Below the pieces are notes generated by a model. That model had not been told where the DNA came from. It did no database searches and was given only the letters and a program-made list of their open reading frames with translations. A stretch of 64,000 bases of DNA from Octopus vulgaris (Eukaryota), in the NCBI GenBank assembly GCA_951406725.2, contig OX597823.1, positions 89,094,001 to 89,158,000 on the forward strand, in the 5' to 3' direction. Position numbers and translations under genes: made by a program. Shown piece by piece: positions 12,911 to 25,745 of this stretch (positions are counted from its first letter, which is position 1; every line of letters starts with the position of its first letter).

Positions 12911-13801
12911 CGCTTTGTATCCGTATGCGTACATTTTTTTCTATCTGTATGTGTATATGTATTCTTTTTGTGTACATGTATGCGTTTGAGTCTAGCACCA
13001 AGAAGTACGCTAAAACAGGCTGATTGTCCAGTTAGCCGTGCAAATTCCTCAGCGTGTCGTTCTAATTTTATTGAGAAGGCAATTCTTTATCCAGATGAGA
13101 TAATGTGATTCGAGGGACATTAGGTGGTATGTTTTTCATGCATAGTAAGCAGGAATATGACTTCCATTTACTCATAATGATGCATGTAGAGTCAAATAAA
13201 GCCTCAAGGAACAAACCATAAACAGCGCTGAACGTTGTACCATAATCTTCATGATTTTAAACTTAGCTTGTTAAGTAGTCCCTTGCTAGCTTTCTAATGT
13301 AAGGATCGATGCAAAACTTTAAGTTCTATATGCAGTGTTCCTAAACAATCTCTTTAAATTAACGCATATATATATATATATATATATATATACGATGCCA
13401 AATATTTGAAAAGAATAATGTATGACACCTTTCCAATAGTTTGAACATTATTTTGTATAAAAATCAGTTTGAAGTCAACATAATGGAAAAGTTCTTCCGA
13501 GAAATTCTCAGTATCAGCTCTTGTGGAAAATCTCCGAATCGGAAGTAATTTTCTTACTTGTGACAGCTTCATGTGCAACTAGGCAAGAGAGATATGTGAA
13601 CTGGAAAACTTTCGACATTGTCATAAAACAGTTCCCACAACTATACAGATAAATGATTTCATTAAAACTAAAACTAAATAAAAGGAAATATATGGAAACT
13701 GGGTTCGTAAGGCAGTTAATGGTAGTGTGAATAGTGAAGTAAATTTCTGAAATGGTACAGCGTTGGACTAAATGAATTACTACATTGCAGTTCAATTATA
13801 C

Positions 13802-13804
<3 letters not shown>

Positions 13805-13844
<40 letters not shown>

Positions 13845-13858
13845 AGTATGTGCGTATA

Positions 13859-13892
<34 letters not shown>

Positions 13893-13906
13893 CATACATG
13901 TATATA

Positions 13907-13948
<42 letters not shown>

Positions 13949-13977
13949 CATATATATATATACATACATATATATAT

Positions 13978-14027
<50 letters not shown>

Positions 14028-14106
14028 TATATATATATGCGTATGTGTGTGTGTGTTTATATACAAGTATGTATGTATCTATGCATCTATGTATGTATAT
14101 ATATAT
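13805..14106. repeat. Compound (TG)n/(TA)n/(TACA)n microsatellite
   Basis: Direct reading. Confidence 0.97.
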
Positions 14107-14384
14107 TATTTTGTAGGCTACGGATTCGTATACCTCGCAAAATCAATGATTCTTTCAATGGCATATAAATTCATTCTACAACTGCCTTTATATTATCTAT
14201 ATTTGCATACAGAGAGTCGTAAAAGGAAGAGTTGAATTCATAAATTCGATTTCACTATTCTCGTTTCATAAACATATCGTTGACTGCAATTGCTTTTCTT
14301 TTAGAAAATCATCGAGGGACTTCTCAATACGTAGTCTTTCCATCTGTTTATATAACGAGTATATCTATCTATCTGTCTGTTTAG

Positions 14385-14429
<45 letters not shown>

Positions 14430-15134
14430 GAGAGAGAGAGAGAGAATAGGAGAAAGAGGGAAAGAGAGGACAGAGAAAGAGTGAGAGGCGTGGACAGATA
14501 GATACACAAGCATACACATATATAGATATATGCTTACGTTGATGCTGACTAATTACGATGTCCATTAAGAGGCGAAAGTTTGCTGGAAGAGTTGAAAGTT
14601 TGCTGAAATATACATACATACATGCATACATAAACTGACACGCACATACATACCCTCACAAACATACACACAGACACACACATGCACGAACATGTGTGTG
14701 TCTGTGTGTCTGTCTAAATTTCTTAAAAGTATTTCTTCTCGTGAATGATAGTCGCTCGCATTAAAATTAATCAATAAGATACGTTAATTACGTAATTATT
14801 TGAATGATGATTTACACACACACTTGCATACATGTATACATATATATGCATGTATACACACACACACATATATATGTATGTATATATCGTGGCTATAATT
14901 TCGCAACCACGAAAGATTAAGAAAAATAGTTAGTGCAGTTTCCTAGCAATTATACCATGTGACCTGATGTGACCAATAGACGACTAATCTGCTCTTAGTA
15001 TCTGATGAGATGAACGTGTCCCTTTCCTACGCAACTACGAAACCTTAAGTCATGTGCAGCTGCGTCAAGCTGCTACAATAAAGTCATGACTCGTACAAAT
15101 GTGTTGAATGCTTCTTTCTTTCGGTCGTGCTCTT

Positions 15135-15200
<66 letters not shown>

Positions 15201-15344
15201 GCATGTGTGTGTGTGCGTTTGTGTGTTACGAGGACGGAAACACACCAACATTGGTTGTCAAGTGGTCGTGGGGGACAAACAGAGACACACACAGATATAT
15301 ACACACACACACATATATACATACACACACACACAGACATATAT

Positions 15345-15545
15345 ATATTTTTTTAAAACGAAGAGAAAAACACAAGAAATAAACAACAACGCGAGGACGT
15401 GGTACATGCAAAGTATTAACACACGCTCAGGGAAAGTAAGAAATGTAGTTTTACGTTTCGAGCAAAGCTCTTCTTCAGAAACAGGGAAAGATGAAAAGTC
15501 CAAGAGAAAAGGAGGACGGAGGAAAAAAATCGCCAAGGATCCACA
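15345..15545 (-). mobile_element. ~200-bp hammerhead-bearing non-autonomous element (family H3)
   Basis: Colinear with 61541-61749 in the opposite orientation (acaacaacgcgaggacgtgg vs ccacgtcctcgcgttgttgt; ggaaaaaaatcgcc vs ggcgagtttttttcc); carries an HHR. Confidence 0.8.
15448..15482 (-). ncRNA. Minimal type-I hammerhead ribozyme
   Basis: Minus strand GTTT-CTGAAGA-A-GAGC-ttt-GCTC-GAAAC-GT-A-AAAC: intact core, 4-bp stems I and II, palindromic ACGT stem III, GUA cleavage triplet. Confidence 0.8.
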
Positions 15546-16686
15546 AGGTTTTGGTCGGCTCGCGGCTTGTGTTAGAAAGCAGTTGCCCATGGTAGCACGC
15601 ACTGAAGCTGAGCCCGACACCATATGATTGGGAAACAAGCTTCTTACTGCACAGCCACACCAGAGAGTAATATCAATTTACAAGAGAAAAATATTCGTTA
15701 TATTGAAATAATTTTTTTTTAAATGCCGTAGATATTCATTCATAATACGTTCGTGAAGATTCTTACTTGAATATGGTATTTTTCCTCCTTATAATTTTTT
15801 GTTTATTTATGTCTTACCACATATACTGAGGGAAAAACTCTCCCCTCTCTCGTTTCATCTCTTTTTCTTTATTCACCCTCCTAACATTCTTTTACTCATT
15901 GCGCGCCACAAAGCCTAGTACTCATCTTGCTCCTCTTATGTTAACTGCTTCTGTATTTCTCTCTCTCTCTCTCTCTCTCCCATCCTCTCTCTTTCCCCCC
16001 TCTCTCTCTACGAGCGGACAAGAAGGAAATAAAGAGAAGGAAATAAATAAAGGAAGAACAAAAAGGAAATAAATAAAGGAAGAACAATAAGGAAATAAAA
16101 AGAGCAGGCGCTAGAGAGTCATACAGACAGACAGATTAATACGAAAAACACTCTTTGTTTTATTTCATTCCTATAATTCTTTACATTACCCACAAAACTT
16201 TACTTTCATTTTTAATTCTTTTAACAATTATCTCCATTGCTTACTTTCATATTAACAACGTATCGTTCATTATATATACATATACAGTTCTTGTGAAACT
16301 CAGTGTTGTTTCCATTTGATAAAGATTTGTTATATAAGTTCTTATATCTGACATTCAGACATCAAAGTAAATCTTTTTGTTAGATTATTTTTTCTGTCTG
16401 TGCGCAAGTATTAAGCTTTTATAATTTAATCTATGTACAGTCTGTATGTCATATTTTGTCTAAGTATAACATTTTTTGGCGCAATACTACATATGTACAC
16501 ATACATACATATGTACATACACACACACATACATATATATATATACATATAAATATATAGACATATGTACATATATGTATAACTGTATATGCGTATACAC
16601 ACTCATATATTTATGTATATATATATTCGTGTGTGTTTGTGTATATATGTGTGAGTAAGTACATATATGCATATATATATATATAT

Positions 16687-16730
<44 letters not shown>

Positions 16731-17230
16731 TGAAAGATAACATTAATCTAATGATCACAATATAAATATTGTTCCGTTTTTCTATTAACAGATTTTCATA
16801 TGATATCTGATACATTATCGCATAATGTGCTTATTGCCCATATGTTGCTTTCTACGCATTGATATAAAAATTAAATATTCGTGTCATTTCTTTCGTCGTT
16901 GGAAATAATTATTGCTATTAAGATAAAGTGGTTGCCAAAAATATATACGACAGAATTGTCGGCTTGTTCGCTCTTACAGAAATTGGGTGGTAGGGAAGTA
17001 GGTGTCTGGCGATAAAAAGAAATAAAACGAGTGAATGCCTCGGTGAGTGGCAGTGGAAAAAGTAAAATGAACGTATGGAAAATATAAAGGCTGAATCATT
17101 TTGCTCTAATAATAAACCAAGAAACTGGTGGGTGTGGGGGAAATTAAGTTAGAATGCGTCGGAATAAGAAGTACTTTAATGGTCAGAGTGACAGTTGTTT
17201 TGGTGATATTTTAAATTCAGAAAGTCTTAT

Positions 17231-18186
17231 AGGAGTGGCTGTGTGGTAAGTAGCTTGCTTACCAACCACATGGTTCGTCCGGGATCAGTCCCACTGCGCG
17301 GCACCTTGGGCAAATGTCTTCAGCTATAGACTCGGGCGGACCAAAACCTTGTGAGTGGATTTGGTAGGCGGAAACTGAAAGAAGCCCGTCGTATATATGT
17401 ATATAGTTTTTCCTTGGGGCAGGCCGGATCGGAGCGATCTCAATATTAATCAGCCGAAATTGCTAGGATGATCCGGTTCTTGACTGAAGATTGAAGGCTT
17501 CGAATGTCTTCTAAATGTTTTACGTTCTTGTCCCAGTTTGTATTTTTCTACATATAATATATATATACACTACCATCAGAAATTAATTAGCACCCTTGAT
17601 TTGCTCTTCACTCAAGGTATGTGCTGTCACCTAGTGGACCATATCTCGAACTATTGCTTTGTTGCGAGTTCACTGTTGCGCAGAACGATGACGTAACTTT
17701 GTTTGCAGAGCAGTTTGAGAGTCTACAGCCTTATGATGTTGACATAGCAGTGCAACAACTTGGAGTGCGGATGCAGACAAATCTTCTTTGTTTAATAGAT
17801 ATAGGTAGCGCCTCGCAAGGACCGAAATCACACCATACTAAGTTTTCTCAGTTTTCTCATCGCGTAAGACGTTTTGAACAGCTCATAGGTTAATTGATTT
17901 AACCTATTTAATGTAGAAATTTTGCTAATTAATTTCTGACGCAAGTGTATATACGTATGTGTGTGTGTGTTTGATTGTGTGTCTGTGTTTGACCCCCACC
18001 CCCAACATCGCTTGACAACCGATGGTGTGTTTACGTCCCCGTAACTTAGCGGTTCGGCAAAAGAAACCGATAGAATGAGTACTAAGCTTACAAAAAATAA
18101 GTCATGGGGCCGATTTGCTCGACTAAATGCGGTGCTCCAGCATGGCCACAGTCACATGACTAAAACAATTTAAAGAGTAAAATAGT
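17231..18186 (+). mobile_element. SINE family B split at its internal (TA)n by two insertions
   Basis: Head 17231-17400 (aggagtggctgtgtggtaag...gaagcccgtcg) and tail 17950-18186 (gcggtgctccagcatggccacagtcacatgact). Confidence 0.88.
17568..17947. mobile_element. Tc1/mariner-type MITE with TA target duplication
   Basis: TA|cactaccatcagaaattaattagca ... tgctaattaatttctgacgcaagtg|TA. Confidence 0.85.
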
Positions 18187-18203
18187 GTTTAAAACAAATA
18201 CAT

Positions 18204-18345
18204 AGGCGTAGAGTGGCTGTGTGTTAAGTAGTTTCCTTCCCAGCCACATGGTTCGCAGTTCAGTCTTACTTCGTGGTATCTTGGGCAAGAATCTTCTTTA
18301 ATTACAATTCGGCGACAGCTTTGTAAAGACTTTAGAGACTGAAAC
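18204..18345 (+). mobile_element. SINE family B 5' fragment
   Basis: ggcgtagagtggctgtgtgttaagtag...tcttgggcaag. Confidence 0.75.
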
Positions 18346-18839
18346 ACGCGCGTTATTTGTGTGCGTGAGTGCGTGCGCATAGAAAAAAAGTTATGTTAAT
18401 AAAAAGGAGGAGTTAAATGTTTTAATTATTGTATGAAAAGCACAGTGAAATTTTGAATGAGGAATATTTTCGATAGGACTTGAGCAGAGTACTAAGAAGC
18501 GATAAGTTTTGATTAAAGGTTAAGGAGCAATTCGGCACATATACATACACACATACACATACACAAATACACTGTCGATTGTCATATATTATTGTGTATA
18601 ACATCACTTCAATCAGGAAGTTGGTAAGGACTTCCACCTGGGAAATGTTAACTCTCTTTTGATTTACGGCAGCAATGGTGTGAAGACCGAAAACATAAGT
18701 TCGTGCTTTCGTTAATTTCTTTGCAGCACGCAGCGTTTAATTAAATGAAATGAGGAATATTTTCGATAGGACTTGTTTTGCACTAATTTTGTGCGTGTGT
18801 GCGCGCGCGCGCGTGTGTATAGGATTTGGATGAAAATAA

Positions 18840-18975
18840 TCTTTTCTACTCTAGGCACAAGATCCGAAATTTTAGGGAGGATACCAGACGATTAGATCGA
18901 CCCCAGTACGCAACTGGTACGTAATTTATCGACCACGAAAGGATGAAAAACAAAGTCGACCTCGGCGGAATTTGA
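18840..18975 (-). mobile_element. SINE family A 3' half
   Basis: gatcgaccccagtacgcaactggtacgtaatttatcgaccacgaaaggatgaaaaacaaagtcgacctcggcggaatttg. Confidence 0.85.
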
Positions 18976-19749
18976 TTTGGGTGAAAATAATAGTTAATAA
19001 TTTAGAGAGAGAGAGAGAGAGAGAGGGTTGTATTGAAATAAAAACTTGTTAACTCGAGGTTAACGCCACTGCAATCTTCATGTGCGAAACGCGAATGACG
19101 AGACAAACACTCAGCGGTTTATCTACCACTTTAGCTATACTATTCCTGTGAAAGAAATTAATTTAAATGTTAACAAATGTTTCTAGTTTCGTGGGTGATA
19201 ATTAATTTCCATTCGACTCTATATCTCATTTCATTGTTCATGAGTTGCGTCGATCAGATATTGAGATATCTTTAGCCGATAGGAAAGGATACAGAAACAA
19301 AATAGAAATACTACTACTTAAACTATTTTTGAACCTTTAATCTATGTCTTGTATTGAAAATTAACATAGATGATCGACAATAAACAATTGCATTCATAAA
19401 ACTTCGTACACTTTAACAACTGTAGGCCAGGCTTCATCTAATGATTTGTATTAGACAATAAATAATTACTTCTACACAAAAGAGAAAGAAAATGAAACAC
19501 AGACAACAGTGGGAGAAGTGATACGTTATAATGAGACAAATATTGTATTATATATAATAGAATCAAAACCATTTCCCGGTCGGATTTTCTCCAACTTCCT
19601 GCGGAAACCTTTTGTTGATCAGTGTCCCTTTTGCCTGAGGTAAACCGGAATTGAACTCAATTTACTTACAATGTTATTTTCTCCTTCTAGCAATTAAATA
19701 AGGACTTAAATTACAGCATAAAAAAAACAGGATATACACAAGTCCACGC

Positions 19750-19792
<43 letters not shown>

Positions 19793-20049
19793 AGCATAGA
19801 GACATATGTGCTCATGTAAACGTGTGTATATCCATCCTATATATATATACATGTGTGTGTGTGTGTGTGCGCGTGTCTGTGTATGTGTGTGCGTGTGTGT
19901 GCATCCATGTCGTATACATATATAACTATATAATATTAGAGTAGAATATCTTTTTGTAGGTACTTGCAAGTGTCGCTATCAACAAAATAGAAGGTGAACG
20001 TACTTTCATCAAAGTTATTTTCCTCTTTTAACAAGTAAATAGTATCTTT

Positions 20050-20050
20050 A

Positions 20051-20149
<99 letters not shown>

Positions 20150-20229
20150 ATATATATACATATATATATATGTATATATGTGTGTCGTATGTATATATAT
20201 ATATATATATACATATATATACATATATA

Positions 20230-20263
<34 letters not shown>

Positions 20264-20316
20264 CATGTATATATATATGTATATATATGTATATATATAT
20301 ATATATACATATATAC

Positions 20317-20361
<45 letters not shown>

Positions 20362-20425
20362 TATATACATACATACATACATACATACATACATACATAC
20401 ATACATACATACATACATACATACA

Positions 20426-20461
<36 letters not shown>

Positions 20462-20462
20462 T
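20050..20462. repeat. ~410-bp (TA)n/(TACA)n compound microsatellite
   Basis: Direct reading. Confidence 0.98.
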
Positions 20463-21230
20463 CTGGTTGTAAAATCTCTTCGCACATAAAATAGTATATA
20501 CTCTTTTTATCAATACATACAGAACTGCTTTATCGGATATGTTTCTATCTCTTTAGTCCTCTGCCCTGCTGATGGCAGAGCTTCAAACTTCATGAATGAA
20601 ATATATTATGCAACAAATAATTTTAAATGTTCCTTCATTCTTTTACGTATTTTAGTTATAAGGCAATGGATGTGAATGAGCGCCCTTTATCGCATTAGCG
20701 AAAATATAACAATGAAATATAGACAACCAAATGAATGATGGATACATGAACATACGCCCATAAATATAAAGAGTAAAGTAAAACATTAGAAACTAAAAAC
20801 AAACGACACACTGTTACTCTCCTCAATCACCAATCGAATCAAAGAATTTAAATTTAAAAAATAAGTCTAAATCGATGGATATGACAAAATGAAATATAAT
20901 GTGTCACAACAGTTCTTACCTAATGATCGTTTTCGTAAGAAACTTAATAGGTAGAAACTGTACAATCCAGTGGTACATTTGCGTTTGCAATTGCACCTTT
21001 CTGCTGAGAGCGCTTAATAACAGGTGATCATTCTTAGCCCCCCCCCCATTCAGAATTCATGAATGCCTCTCACAAAGAACATTAAGTTCTAGAGCCGATA
21101 TAATCAATTTAAACTCCTCAAGATGATGGGTAGGTATAGAGACAATCCTGTGATAAATAAACTTGGAAGTATATGTCGATGGCGCTCTCACTTTCTCTGT
21201 CTCTCTCGCTCTCTTTCTCTCTCACCCCTT

Positions 21231-21310
<80 letters not shown>

Positions 21311-21416
21311 TATATACATATATATACACACATATATACATATACATATATATAAATATATACTCACATATATATACATATGTATGTGTTTGTGTGTATA
21401 TATATGTTTATATATA

Positions 21417-22422
21417 TAGGGTGCGTAAGGTATTTGAGAGCATACTTTTTGGGGGTCCTTGCTGCGTTTTTTGCTAACTGTATAAACTTTATTTCAGAAA
21501 ATAATAATGGCAGACTACTCAAGAAATGAAGAGGCATGCTGTTGTTATGATTATAAAGGCTGAGCAGAGTGATTTAGAAATAACTCAATTTTTAAAATTT
21601 GCCTGATCTATCGTCTACAAAGTTTGTAAGAAGGTAGAGACTGAAGATAGTAACGTATCATAAGTATTATAAGTACCTGAATTTATCCAGCAAGTTCAAC
21701 AGACCAATGATTACAATCCCAGAAACTCCATGAGGTCAATTGCAAAAGATCTCCATGTTTCAGAAATGTTGTCCACGAAGACATCAGATATAAGTTTTAT
21801 ATGATGGAGAAATGTCAAAGTGTAATGGATACAAAATTTCCTGCAACTTCCATGGGTTTAGGATTTCTCAGCAATGAAGTACATGCGATGCCTCGTTAGT
21901 TCTTTCCACAAGAACTTAGAGTTAACTCTGCCGCCTACATTGAGGTCCTGGAAGTTATTGTTAAGCTCTGGATAGACAGGGTATGCAATGGAAGGCCATA
22001 TGTGTTTCAGTGAGAGTCTGCACTATTACACATGACTCTAGTAACACAGGAATGGATGGCTAACAATTTTCATGATCACATATCCCCGAACATTTGGCCT
22101 CCTAATTCCCCAGATCTCAATCCATTGGACAATTACATGTGCAACGTTGTTGAGAGGTCAATGAACACGTCCATAACACCTAAGATTCTTTGAAAGCTGC
22201 CATAGTCAGAGTAATGTCCAAAATGAACCTGGATCACTTGATTCGAGCATGTAGTTGACTTAGATCTCATATAGAAAGAGTTATTGAAGCTTCATTGAAT
22301 AACATTATAGAAAGGAAGGTTTATTTTTATCCACATAACATTTTTTGATAAATAAAATTTATATCTGCTATTATCTGTTTTTATATAAACATAAATCTGT
22401 CCTCAAATATCTGACGTACCCG
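21417..22422 (+). mobile_element. Internally deleted Tc1/mariner (maT/DD37D-like) transposon
   Basis: TIRs gggtgcgtaaggtatttgagagca and tgtcctcaaatatctgacgtaccc. Transposase remnants MKRHAVVMIIKAEQSDLEITQFLK, GRPYVFQ*ESALLH (~FQQDSAPSH) and IWPPNSPDLNPLD. Family assignment is by motif only. Confidence 0.87.
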
Positions 22423-22457
22423 TTCTCTCTATATATATGTGTGTGTGTATATATATA

Positions 22458-22512
<55 letters not shown>

Positions 22513-22728
22513 GAATATAAACAAGAAGGGTAGTAATATTATTTACTACCAGGTGCCCAGCACAAAAGACGAATTAGTCATAAGACAAAAATATTATTCA
22601 TATAGAAGAATATTATTCATGTAGTTATACAATTAAGGGCTCCTAAATTAAGATGCCGAGTGCTGGGAACACAAAAAGGGGATGAATTTATCGAGAGTGA
22701 AAATCAAAAACGTTTACCGATAACTTTT

Positions 22729-22808
22729 ACAACTCGAACCGCGGTTTCTGCTTCTTTCTAGCAAAACACAGAATATGTTTGCTAAGGCTAGCTTCATCAG
22801 CGAGTCGC
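22729..22808 (-). ncRNA. Type-I hammerhead ribozyme (H1, left arm)
   Basis: Reverse complement of 23422-23501. Confidence 0.78.
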
Positions 22809-23421
22809 CTAAATTTAATCGAGGTCTGCGGCGATGTGGGACCATGTGTTGAACCCGACTACTAGCAGATTTTAACTTTTCAAATCTCTGCGCAGACGCA
22901 AAAATTTACACGGCATTATAGGGCATGCCGGGAAGAATTTTACGAATAAATCCATCATGTAATATACGAATATAAACAAGAAGCTAGCCTTAGCAAACAT
23001 ATTCTGTGTTTTGCTAGAAAGAAGCAGAAACCGCGGTTCGAGTTGTAAAAGTTATCGGTAAACGTTTTTGATTTTCACTCTCGATAAATTCATCCCCTTT
23101 TTGTGTTCCCAGCACTCGGCATCTTAATTTAGGAGCCCTTAATTGTATAACTACATGAATAATATTTTTCTATATGAATAATATTTTTGTCTTATGACTA
23201 ATTCGTCTTTTGTGTTGGGCACCTGGTAGTAAATAATATTACTACCCTTCTTGTTTATATTCGTAAATTACATGATGGATTTATTCGTAAAATTCTTCCC
23301 GGCATGCCCTATACTGCCGTGTAAATTTTTGCGTCTGCGCAGAGATTTGAAAAGTTAAGATCTGCTAGTAGTCGGGTTCAACACATGGTCCCACATCGCC
23401 GCAGACCTCGATTAAATTTAG

Positions 23422-23501
23422 GCGACTCGCTGATGAAGCTAGCCTTAGCAAACATATTCTGTGTTTTGCTAGAAAGAAGCAGAAACCGCGGTTCGAGTTG
23501 T
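23422..23501 (+). ncRNA. Type-I hammerhead ribozyme (H1, right arm)
   Basis: Stem I GCGACTCG/CGAGTTGT (8 bp, 2 GU); core CTGATGA 23430-23436; long stem II (GCT..TAGCAAA-CAT-attct-GTG-t-TTTGCTA..AGC); GAAAC 23482-23486; palindromic stem III ACCGCGGT; GUU triplet with predicted cut after 23493. Confidence 0.78.
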
Positions 23502-23596
23502 AAAAGTAATCGGTAAACGTTTTTGATTTTCACTCTCGATAAATTCATCCCCTTTTTGTGTTCCCAGCACTCGGCATCTTAATTTAGGAGCCCTTA

Positions 23597-23668
<72 letters not shown>

Positions 23669-23700
23669 TATATACATATGCAGAGAGAGGGAGAGTTAGT

Positions 23701-23752
<52 letters not shown>

Positions 23753-25294
23753 CAGATAGATAGATAGATAGATATGCATTCACTTTTATACAGATATATG
23801 AAAAGGCATATAAAAATCATCCCCATATACACACATACACACACACAACATGCACACACAGACACACATGCACACACAGATGCACAACATATACGCGCGC
23901 GCGCACACACACACACACACTAGAAAATATATGCATATAATATTTCTGTATTCTGCATACGTTTGATTTACACATAATTCATGAATCCTCTTTAGTTCTT
24001 TAGTTCTTCAGTTCCAAAATTCTTTCGATTATCGTCATGCAGCTAAATTTAGATATCACTTGTCTTATGTGGAAAAGTCAAAAACATTATATTTTTTCTT
24101 TTCGTTTGCAAATGATTTATTGATTATTTATACTAAGAAGATAGTTTTCGACGCCATAAGACTTAACTGGCATGGAACTCTATGATTTGTCTATGTTGCG
24201 TGTATGTGCGGAAAACGAAAGCCAGGCCAAAGCTTATGGTTCGCGTGCTATATTTTCTAATTATTTGTGCAGCTCATGATAAAAATATACAAGGCATGTT
24301 TCTAGCTTGTGCTATGTGCAATATATTTACTGACAAAAATTAAAACCCTGTTCGATATTTAATACTTTACATTATCTATTTAATCGGAAATATCATGAAA
24401 ACAGTTTATCCTAGTTGTTAAGATATGTCGGCACGAGAAAACTATTTGATTTTCATCCAACATTTGGAAAGAAACAAAACGTGGAGATGATGGACAGGTA
24501 CAGCAAAATACCTGGATAAATGATACACTACATCTACTTTCGCTCTTCTATATTCTGAATTCAAATCGCAATACGATCATGTTTACATTGGAATAGTATA
24601 TAGTTTATATATACATTTTCTATTACAATTTTTATCTTTTTCCAGAAGCACCGTTGGCTACAGGTTCTATCATCATAAAACATCATTTCTTCAGCTTCTT
24701 GATGGCATTTATGTCCTATGCCGATTGCTGGTATTATCAGTAAGCAAATATTAGCAAAAGGCATGCAGACACACGCGCGCGCGCGCACACACTTACTCAC
24801 ACACACATACACGCGCATGCGTACTTACTCACACACACAAAGTCATTTAAACAAATACACACACTCATGAACACACATAGGCATAAATATATCGAGATAT
24901 ATCACAGGCTACCGGAAAATATGCAGCTCCCAAATTCTTCTCATAATATACGGGTCAAACTTGAGGATTGGTAACTGATATTTGCCCATACTTTGTGCAA
25001 TGGATTCGAATCAGAAACAATATAGTTGCCAAGCAATCAATTAACCATACAATCATATCTGAAGTAAACTCATTTCCATTTGTCTTTCCATTCCTTTCAT
25101 GCGAGAAAAATATTCATTAATATTTTATGAAGTAGATTGCTGTGGACACCCAACTTTCGGTGGCTGGTCTTAGACTGTATTGCGATTGTTAAAGTAAGCT
25201 CCTATGTAACTGACCCAATAAACCGCACTGTAGTTGGTCCAGTAAAATACAATGATTCACTACACAGTAATATTGTCTACTACATTACTAGACA

Positions 25295-25459
25295 GGCGCA
25301 GGAGTGGGTGTGTGGTAAGTAGCTTGCTAACCAACCACATGGTTCCGGGTTCAGTCCCACAGCGTGGCATCTTGAGCAAGTGTCTTCTGCTATAGCCCCG
25401 GGCCGACCAATGCCTTGTGAGTGGATTTGGTAGACGGAAACTGAGAGAAGCCTGTCATA

Positions 25460-25520
<61 letters not shown>

Positions 25521-25745
25521 TTGTGTGTCTGTGTTTGTCCCCCTAGCATTGCTTGACAACCGATGCTGGTGTGTTTACGTCCCCGTCACCTAGCGGTTCA
25601 GCAAAAGAGACCGATAGAATAAGTACTGGGCTTACAAAGAATAAGTCCCGGGGTCGATTTGCTCGACTAAAGGCGGTGCTCCAGCATGGCCGCAGTCAAA
25701 TAACTGAAACAAGTAAAAGAGTAAAAAAGAGAGTAAAAGAGTAAT
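25295..25745 (+). mobile_element. Full-length SINE family B (tRNA-like head, internal TA/TG microsatellite, CR1-type tail, (GTAAAAGA)n end)
   Basis: A-box-like gtgtggtaag and B-box-like gggttcagtccc; colinear with the copies at 36245 and 61770. Confidence 0.93.

Larger units (their letters stand above)
15225..15662 (-). mobile_element. Decayed SINE family B copy, interrupted by the HHR element at 15345-15545
   Basis: Reverse-complement matches to the family-B head (15540-15660) and to the segment after its internal microsatellite (15230-15290). Confidence 0.7.
22507..23604. mobile_element. Retrozyme-like element H1: 455-bp monomer; inverted left arm (~1.04 units) joined to right arm (~1.37 units); inside (TA)n
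   Basis: acgaatataaacaagaag at 22511 and 22966, and gttcgagttg at 23036 and 23491 (period 455 on both arms). Strand switch at GAAG 22980-22983. About 6 differences between copies. No recognisable ORF; one HHR per monomer. Confidence 0.9.

Noticed and set aside
17480-17512. CTGAAGA-ttgaaggcttc-GAAT-GTC hammerhead-like string
   Set aside because: GAAA is not intact, stem III cannot form and stem I is negligible.
22507-23604. Interpreting H1 (or H2) as a TIR DNA transposon or a CRISPR-like array
   Set aside because: The inversion is asymmetric and internal, the arms are permuted tandem units, and there are no repeat-spacer units or cas genes.
25295-25370. tRNA-like A/B boxes at SINE heads
   Set aside because: These are SINE promoters; no complete cloverleaf, so not called as tRNA genes.
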